Shown here piece by piece: positions 29,292 through 37,500 of a stretch of DNA of 64,000 nucleotides; the first letter of the stretch is position 1; each line of letters begins with the position of its first letter. The DNA is from Firmicutes bacterium ADurb.Bin248. Lineage in GTDB: Bacteria; Bacillota; Clostridia; Christensenellales; CAG-138. A program made the position numbers and the translations under genes. Under the pieces are notes generated by a model that made no database searches, had not been told where the DNA came from, and saw only the letters and a program-made list of their open reading frames with translations. The stretch covers positions 1,046 through 65,045 of the forward strand of contig MWBW01000010.1 of assembly GCA_002069725.1 (NCBI GenBank), given 5' to 3'.

Positions 29292-29430
29292 CCCCTCCCC
29301 GCCTATTGTAACCGGGCCGGGGCGGCTTGGCAACCGCGCACGGGGCGGCGGCGGAAGGATCGCGAAACGGACGGCGAAAAAGCCCTCCGCATTTCGGGCG
29401 AAGGGCGCTTGAAAAGATTCCGGCCGGCGA

Positions 29431-29898
29431 TTATTGGATGATCTTGATCCCGCCGATCAGAGGCAGGGGTTTCATCTCGCCCTTGCACACCGCGATCAAA
29501 GCGATGATCCAGAACACGAACTCCGCGATGCCGATGATGATGCCGATGATGATGGCCGCGGTGATGCTGGCGACGATGCCAAGCAGGAACAGCAGAAGCG
29601 CCTGATTCGCCCAGAACTTGCCGAATTCGTCCTTATTGCCCGCGACGAGCGGCAGGAAGAACAGGATCGGGAAAACCACCGCGAGTATCGCCATGGTCTT
29701 ATCGCCCGCGTAGGCGGCGCCCGCCTGCTGGTATGGCGGCTGCTGGTAGACCGGCTGCTGGTAGTTCTGCTGCTGGTAGTTCTGCTGATAGGCGCCCTGG
29801 TCGGCGTTCGCCTGCGCCTGCTGGGCGGGTGAACCGCAGGCCGGGCAGAAGCGCACGCCCTCGTCGAACTGCTGGCCGCAACTGGTGCAGATTGGCAT
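29431..29898 (-). CDS. Zinc-ribbon protein with Q/Y-rich linker and C-terminal multi-TM (DUF4870-like) domain
   Basis: MPICTSCGQQFDEGVRFCPACG (CxxC...CxxC), then QGAYQQNYQQQNYQQPVYQQPPYQQ, then 3-4 hydrophobic helices. Confidence 0.65.
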   Translation of the reverse strand: MPICTSCGQQFDEGVRFCPACGSPAQQAQANADQGAYQQNYQQQNYQQPVYQQPPYQQAGAAYAGDKTMAILAVVFPILFFLPLVAGNKDEFGKFWANQALLLFLLGIVASITAAIIIGIIIGIAEFVFWIIALIAVCKGEMKPLPLIGGIKIIQ

Positions 29899-30079
29899 GG
29901 TGAAAACCTCCTGTCAATATGGATGTTTGCATGGGAATGCACAGCTTCATTATACACGCGGGCGGACGAGTTCGCAATGCGCACGTGGAAAAGGCCGAAA
30001 AAATTCGCAGCAATGCGTGCGAAAGGGGTTCGCTCCCCGCGCGCCCGAGCCCGAACCGCGGATTTTGCCCGTCCGGCGC

Positions 30080-30988
30080 TCAGACGCTCTCGTGCGGCGT
30101 GTAATAGCGCTCGTTCATGAAGCAGCGCGAGAAGCGGGAGGCCGTTTTGTTCCCCTTGCAGACCGCAAGCGTCAAATCGACCGTATACCATTTTTCGGTT
30201 TTGGAATCGTACGCGCTGTTCCAGGCGTGGTAGCCGTTGATCTTGGTGCTGTAGCCCTTGACAAGCTTGCACGGGATGCCCTGGCTGCGGCACATCGCGG
30301 CGAAAAGGGAGGCGAAATCGTAGCACACGCCTTTTTTGTTCGAAAGTATGCTCTCGGGGTTCGGCGTGTAGGCCGTGATCTGCCCGGAGATGACCTTGTT
30401 GGCGAAGTCGTAATCGTATTTGAAATTTTTTGCGATGTAATTGTAGATGGCGAGTATCTTCGCCTGATCGCCCTTGAGATCCTTGCACAGGGCGGCCGCC
30501 TTCCTGGCGATGGAGTCGTTCGCCGAGAAGGCGATTTCGGAAACGCTCCTGAGATACTGCGCATACTGCGGCGCAGCCGCGTTCGCCGCGCCCGCGGGTA
30601 CGGCGGAATCGCCCACGAGCGCCGTGAAGCTCTTCTGCGCGACGGTCACGTAGCTCGCGCCGACCTTCTTGAACAGCGCCGCGGAATAGCTGCCGCTGCC
30701 GCCGGTGAGCGCGAGCGAGAGGGTCATGCCCATTTTATAATCGTAGTAGGACCAGCTTCCGCCGTTAAAGCCCAGCCCCGCCTTCATCGCGGCGGAGGAG
30801 CCGTCGTCGTGAAAAAGGACGATGTACCCGAGCGAGGCCGTGGATGCGTCTATGCCCGCGCTCCGGCCCGCCGTCGAGAGCGAGCCGGAGGTGAGCGGCT
30901 CTCCCGCGGCGGCCGCGGGGGACGCAAGGGCGCTCAGCGCCAGGATCAGCGCGAGGGCAAGCGCGCCATGCCGGAACTGCTTTTTCAC
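30080..30988 (-). CDS. Secreted transglutaminase-like (Cys-His-Asp) protein
   Basis: GTG 30988 start (VKKQFRHGALALALILALSALASPAAAA signal peptide). Core KGVCYDFASLFAAMCRSQGIPCKLVKGY...GYHAWNSAY...WYTVDLT. Confidence 0.75.
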   Translation of the reverse strand: MKKQFRHGALALALILALSALASPAAAAGEPLTSGSLSTAGRSAGIDASTASLGYIVLFHDDGSSAAMKAGLGFNGGSWSYYDYKMGMTLSLALTGGSGSYSAALFKKVGASYVTVAQKSFTALVGDSAVPAGAANAAAPQYAQYLRSVSEIAFSANDSIARKAAALCKDLKGDQAKILAIYNYIAKNFKYDYDFANKVISGQITAYTPNPESILSNKKGVCYDFASLFAAMCRSQGIPCKLVKGYSTKINGYHAWNSAYDSKTEKWYTVDLTLAVCKGNKTASRFSRCFMNERYYTPHESV

Positions 30989-31434
30989 GTTTTCCGTCCT
31001 TTCTTTTCGCGAGGCGGCGCGCCGGGACCGGCCTATGCCTCTCAACTGCCCGAAAACGAAGAAAAAGCTCTCGTTTCGGCAACTGGCTGCCATGCGCTTT
31101 CGCGTTTAGGCCCTCTAGCTTTGCGGCCCCGCCTTTGGACGGGTGTGCCGGTTCGTCGGGATCTTCCGAACGGATATTCGATTCCGGCAACATTATAATT
31201 ACATCTACATAATATTGTCAAGTATAAAATTGTAACCGGGACGAAACGCGCCGTTTCCTGCCGAAAGCGCAGCCCCTGCGGCCGCGGCGCGGTTGCTCCG
31301 AGGTTGCGCGAGGGATGAAGCAAGGCGTCATGCGGCGCAACATTCGGCACAGGCCGTGCAATTCCACGCATTTCCGGAGGCGGAAGCCCAATTAGTTTAC
31401 AGAATATAGAAAAAAGGCGTCGAAAACGGCCTTT

Positions 31435-31467
31435 TGTAACCGCGCTGTAACTCCCTGTTGTTATAAT
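31435..31467 (+). promoter_or_regulatory. Promoter of the giant B-repeat gene: TGTAAC-N5-TGTAAC-N10-TATAAT
   Basis: TGTAAC at 31435-40 and 31446-51 (11-bp phasing), TATAAT at 31462-67. There is no TTGACA-like hexamer at the 17-bp position (ACCGCG). The same architecture occurs at 40722-40754. Confidence 0.55.
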
Positions 31468-31544
31468 TTCATCACAGAATCAGCCGAAACAGGCATATAT
31501 GCCCATAACGGGGCGCAAGCGCAAATACGTCGAGGGGGAAAACG

Positions 31545-34500
31545 ATGATGAAGAGGATCGGCTTGGCCAAGCTCCTGGCGCTCGCCATGACGCTGGTGAT
31601 GGTGTTTTCGGCGGTGAGCCCGGCGCTCGCCTGCGACATCAGCCAGACGACTATTTACTATTATAGAACCGCTGCGGAGAGCGCTTATGCCTCTTACGAT
31701 GTGGCTGCGGGCACCGGCACGAGCACAACGGTCAAGCACACGCTCAAGTCCGCGCCCACGCGCAACGGCTACACGTTCACCGGCTTCAACGTGTATGTCG
31801 GCAGCAAGACGGGTACGCTCATCAAGAGCAACGCCGCACCGGGCACATCGGTGAGCATACCGCTCACGCGCACGAGCACGGGCAAGAGCTGGCCCACGAT
31901 ACATGTGGTGGCCCAGTGGAGATCCAACTGCGTCACCTACGACGTGATCTTCAAGACCGTGCTCGTGGACGGCAAGGGCGGGCAGATCGGCAAGACGGGC
32001 TCCACGCTCGGCTATGCCGACATCGAGTACCTCAACAAGCAGCCCGACACCACGTTCCCGGCGATCCCGGTGACCGATCCCGACCCGGGCTATGTTTTCC
32101 TCGGCTGGTACACCTACAACGGTGCCACCTATACGAAGGTGACGTCGTTCCCGACCAAGATCGACAAGGATTACACCTTCTATGCCCGCTGGGAGGCCAA
32201 GCCCTACGTCGAGCGCAGCGTCTACACCCTCCATTATATAGGTAAGCCTTCCGACACGACCGGCGTCGTGTGGCCCGCGGACGTCGAGAAGCAGGCGTCC
32301 CCCGTCACAACGCTGGGCGTTGCCAGCAAGGTGGGCGCGACGTTCAACGGATGGAAGCTCAACGGCACGGGCGCGAACCGGACGACCCTCGCCGCTTCGG
32401 ACTACACAAAGAGTACGGCCGCGCCCGTCATCACCTACGACGCCGCCACGGACTCCTTCATCCGCACGACCGAGTACATCGCCAACGTCCACGGCGCGTT
32501 CGTCGCGCTCGAGGACGTGATTGAAAAATACTTCTCCGTTACTTACAAAATCGACCTCAACGGCGACGGCGACTATGCCGACGCGGGGGAGACGACGCTC
32601 GCCTTCGTCGACGCCCCGGTTATGCCCACCGCGGTCAATGCCGACGTTTCGGTGCCGGGCTACACCTTCGCGGGCTGGTATAAGAACGGCTCGGCCCCGA
32701 AGCTCACGACGCTCGCCTTCTCGAACTACGATCTCGACGCCTCCCGCACGCAGACCATCCCCGCGGGCCCCGGCACCGCCAAACGCATCAAGAATTACTA
32801 TTCGATCACGCTCGTGGGCACGCTGACCAAGAAGACCTGCCAGAAGAATCTCTACAACGTGACCTACACCGGCGATAAGGCCGGGGCCACCACCTGGCCC
32901 AACGACGTTGCCAACGCCACGAGCGCGCCCTCTCTCGCCGCGGACGCGACGAAGAACGGCTATACCTTCAACGGCTGGAAGATCGGCGGCAGCTCCGTCG
33001 GCTCCATCAACTGGAGCGCGAGCTACGTCACCGTCGCGAGCCGCGAATACTACGACCCGGCGCTCGGAAAGTTCGTCACGGAGACCACGCGCTCGGTCAC
33101 GGTGGTCGGCACCTTCACCAAGTGCGCCGACATCGAGCAGAAATACTACACGGTCGTCTACAAGATCGACCTCAACCTCGACGGCGTCGCCGAGGAAGTC
33201 GCCATGCCCGGCTATACCGTGAACAACGTCACCCCGATGCCCACGGGCGTCGCGGGCGCGCCCTCCGGCATCCCCGCCGGGTACAGCTTCATCGGATGGA
33301 GCGAGTCCGCGCCGCTCGCGCAGAGCGACTTCTCCTTCGTATCCGAAGAGACGGTCCCCAGCGGCACGCCCGGCGTGGGCGCTGTGCACAAGGTCTACTA
33401 TAAGCTGGCCATTACCGGCACGCTGAACAAGCTGACCTGCCAGAAGGACCTCTACAACGTGACTTACACCGGCGACAAGGCCGGGGCCACCACCTGGCCC
33501 AACGACGTCGCCAACGCCGCGAGCGCGCCTTCCCTCGCCGCGGACGCGACGCGGAACGGCTATACCTTCAGCGGCTGGAAGATCAACGGCAGCTCCGTCG
33601 GCTCCATCAACTGGAGCGCGAGCTACGTCACCGTCGCGAGCCGCGAATACTACGATCCGACGCTCGGAAAGTTCGTCACGGAGACCACGCGCTCGGTCAC
33701 GGTGGTCGGCACCTTCACCAAGTGCGCGGACATCGAGCAGAAATATTACACCGTCGTCTACAAGATCGACCTCAACCTCGACGGCGTCGCCGAGGAAGTC
33801 GCCATGCCCGGCTACACCGTGAACAACGTCACCCCGATGCCCACGGGCGTCGCGGGCGCGCCCTCCGGCATCCCCGCCGGATACAGCTTCATCGGATGGA
33901 GCGAGTCCGCGCCGCTCACGCAGAGCGACTTCTCCTTCGTATCCGAGGAGACGGTCCCCAGCGGCACGCCCGGCGTGGGCGCTGTGCACAAGGTCTACTA
34001 CAAGCTGGCCATTACCGGCACGCTGAACAAGCTGACCTGCCAGACGACGCTCTACAACGTGACTTACATCGGCGACAAGGCCGGGGCCACCACATGGCCC
34101 AACGACGTCGCCAACGCCGCGAGCGCGCCCTCCCTCGCCGCGGACGCGACGAGGAACGGCTACACGTTCAGCGGCTGGAAGATCGGCGGCAGCCCCGTCG
34201 GTTCCATCAGCTGGAACGCGAGCTACGTCACCGTCACGAGCCGCGAGTATTACGACGTTTCTCTCGGCAGATTCGTCACGGAGACCACGCGCTCGGTCAC
34301 GGTGGTCGGCACCTTCACCAAGTGCGCCGACATCGAGCAGAAATACTACACGGTCGTCTACAAGATCGACCTCAACCTCGACGGCGTCGCCGAGGAAGTC
34401 GCCATGCCCGGCTATACCGTGAACAACGTCACCCCGATGCCCACGGGCGTCGCGGGCGCGCCCTCCGGCATCCCCGCCGGGTACAGCTTCATCGGATGGA

Positions 34501-37500
34501 GCGAGTCCGCGCCGCTCGCGCAGAGCGACTTCTCCTTCGTATCCGAAGAGACGGTCCCCAGCGGCACGCCCGGCGTGGGCGCTGTGCACAAGGTCTACTA
34601 TAAGCTGGCCATTACCGGCACGCTGAACAAGCTGACCTGCCAGAAGGACCTCTACAACGTGACTTACACCGGCGACAAGGCCGGGGCCACCACCTGGCCC
34701 AACGACGTCGCCAACGCCGCGAGCGCGCCTTCCCTCGCCGCGGACGCGACGCGGAACGGCTATACCTTCAGCGGCTGGAAGATCAACGGCAGCTCCGTCG
34801 GCTCCATCAACTGGAGCGCGAGCTACGTCACCGTCGCGAGCCGCGAATACTACGATCCGACGCTCGGAAAGTTCGTCACGGAGACCACGCGCTCGGTCAC
34901 GGTGGTCGGCACCTTCACCAAGTGCGCGGACATCGAGCAGAAATATTACACCGTCGTCTACAAGATCGACCTCAACCTCGACGGCGTCGCCGAGGAAGTC
35001 GCCATGCCCGGCTACACCGTGAACAACGTCACCCCGATGCCCACGGGCGTCGCGGGCGCGCCCTCCGGCATCCCCGCCGGATACAGCTTCATCGGATGGA
35101 GCGAATCCGCGCCGCTCGCGCAGAGCGACTTTTCCTTCGTATCCGAGGAGACGGTCCCCAGCGGTACGCCCGGCGTGGGCGCGGTGCGCAAGGTCTACTA
35201 TAAGCTCGCCGTCACCGGCACGCTGAACAAGCTGACCTGCCAGACGACGCTCTACAACGTGACCTACACCGGCGACAAGGCCGGGGCCACCACCTGGCCC
35301 AACGACGTCGCCAACGCCACGAGCGCGCCCTCCCTCGCCGCGGACGCGACGCGGAACGGCTACACCTTCAGCGGCTGGAAGATCGGCGGCAGCCCCATCG
35401 GCTCCATCAACTGGAACGCGAGCTACGTCACCGTCACGAGCCGCGAGTACTACGACGTTTCTCTCGGCAAATTCGTCACGGAGACCACGCGCTCGGTCAC
35501 GGTGGTCGGCACCTTCACCAAGTGCGCCGACATCGAGAAGGAATACTACACCGTCGTTTACCGGATCGACCTCAACCGGGACGGCGTCGACGAGATCGTC
35601 AACATGATGGGCTACAGCGTCAGCGAAGTCGAAACCATGCCCACGGGCGTGGCGGGTTCGCCCATCATCCCCAACGGCTATACCTTCGGCGGGTGGGACA
35701 AGGACGCGCCTCTGGCGAAGGGCGACTTCACCGTTGAGCGCCAGGGAACGACCCCGAGCACGCAGCCCGGCGTGGGCGCGGTGCACAGCGTGTATTATAC
35801 GCTCACCATCAAAGGCACGCTGGACAAGCAGACCCTTGCCAAGACCGTCTACACCGTTCTTTACACCGGCGAGAAAGCCGGAGCGACCACCTGGCCCAGC
35901 GACGTGGTCGACGCCGAGACCCCGCCGACCCTCGCCGCAGACGCGACGAAGAACGGCTATACCTTCAACGGCTGGAAGATCAACGGCAACTCCGCCGGCT
36001 CGCTCAACTGGAGCGCGGGCTACGTCGTGAGCACGACCGACGCGGAGTACTACGACGCGGGCCTCAAGAAGTTCGTGACGGTGACGCACAAGACCATCAC
36101 GGTCACGGGCGCGTTCACCAAGTGCGAGGACGTCGAGGAGAAATACTTCTCCGTCACCTATAAGATCGACCTCAACGGCGACGGCGACTATGCCGACGAG
36201 AACGAGACCGTCAACGCCTACGTCGAGGCATCCCCCATGCCCACCGCGGTCAGCGCCGAGCTCGCGCTCGACGGTTATACCTTCGCGGGCTGGTTCAAGC
36301 AGGGCACGGACACGAAGCTCACCGCGCTCGCCTTCACGGATTACACTTTCGACCGGACGGTGACCGTACCCGGCGGCGTGGGCACGCCCAAGACCATCAA
36401 GAACTACTACGTCATCACGCTGACGGGCACGCTGAGCAAGCAAACGCTCGCCAAGACCGACTACTCGGTGACCTACACGGGCGACAAGGCCGGCGCGACC
36501 TTCTGGCCGGCGGACGTCGTGCGGGCCGCGAGCGCGCCCTCCATCGCCGCAGACGCGACGAAGAACGGCTATACCTTCAGCGGCTGGAGCCCCGCCTCGC
36601 TCGACTGGAACGCGGGCTACGTCGACGTGCAGACCGATTCCGAGTATTATGATGCGAGCCTCAAGAAGTTCGTGACGGTGACGCACAAGACCATCACGGT
36701 CACGGGCGCGTTCGTCAAGTGCGAGGACGTCGAGGAGAAGTATTTCTCCGTCACCTACGAGATCGACCTCAACGGCGACGGCGACTATGCCGACGCGGGC
36801 GAAACCGATCCCGCATACGTCGAGACGTTCCCCATGCCTGCCTCCGTCAGGCCGGACGTTTCCAAGGACGGCTATACCTTCCACGGCTGGTATAAGAAGG
36901 GCACGTCGGAGAAGCTCAGCGCGCTCGCCTTCGCGAACTACGATTACGTGCGCACCGTCACCGTGCCGGCAGGCGCGGGCACGCCGCAGATCACCAAGCA
37001 CTATTACGCCGTCACGCTCAGGGGTTCGCTCGTCAAGAGAGTCTGCCAGCAGACCTATTACAGCGTGAGCTACACCGGCGACAAGGAAGGCGCCGCCACC
37101 TGGCCCAACGACGTTGTGAACGCAGCGAGCGCCCCGTCCCTCGCCGCCGACGCGACGAAGAACGGCTTCGACTTCACCGGCTGGAAGATCAACGGCAGCC
37201 CGGTATCCTCGCTCAACTGGTATGCGAGCTACGTGACGGTGACGAGCCTGCCCGAGGAATACGACCCCGAGAGCGGCATGTTCATCACGAAGATCCACCG
37301 CTCCATCACCGTCGAGGGCCGCTTCGTCAAGTGTCCGGATATCGAGCAGGCCTTCTACTCGGTCATTTATAAGATCGACCTCAATCTGGACGGCGTCGCC
37401 GAAGAGGTCAACATGCTCGGCTACACCGTCACGAACGTCACCAAGATGCCCACGGGCGTCGCGGGCTCGCCCGACATCCCCGCCGGCTACAGCTTCAACG

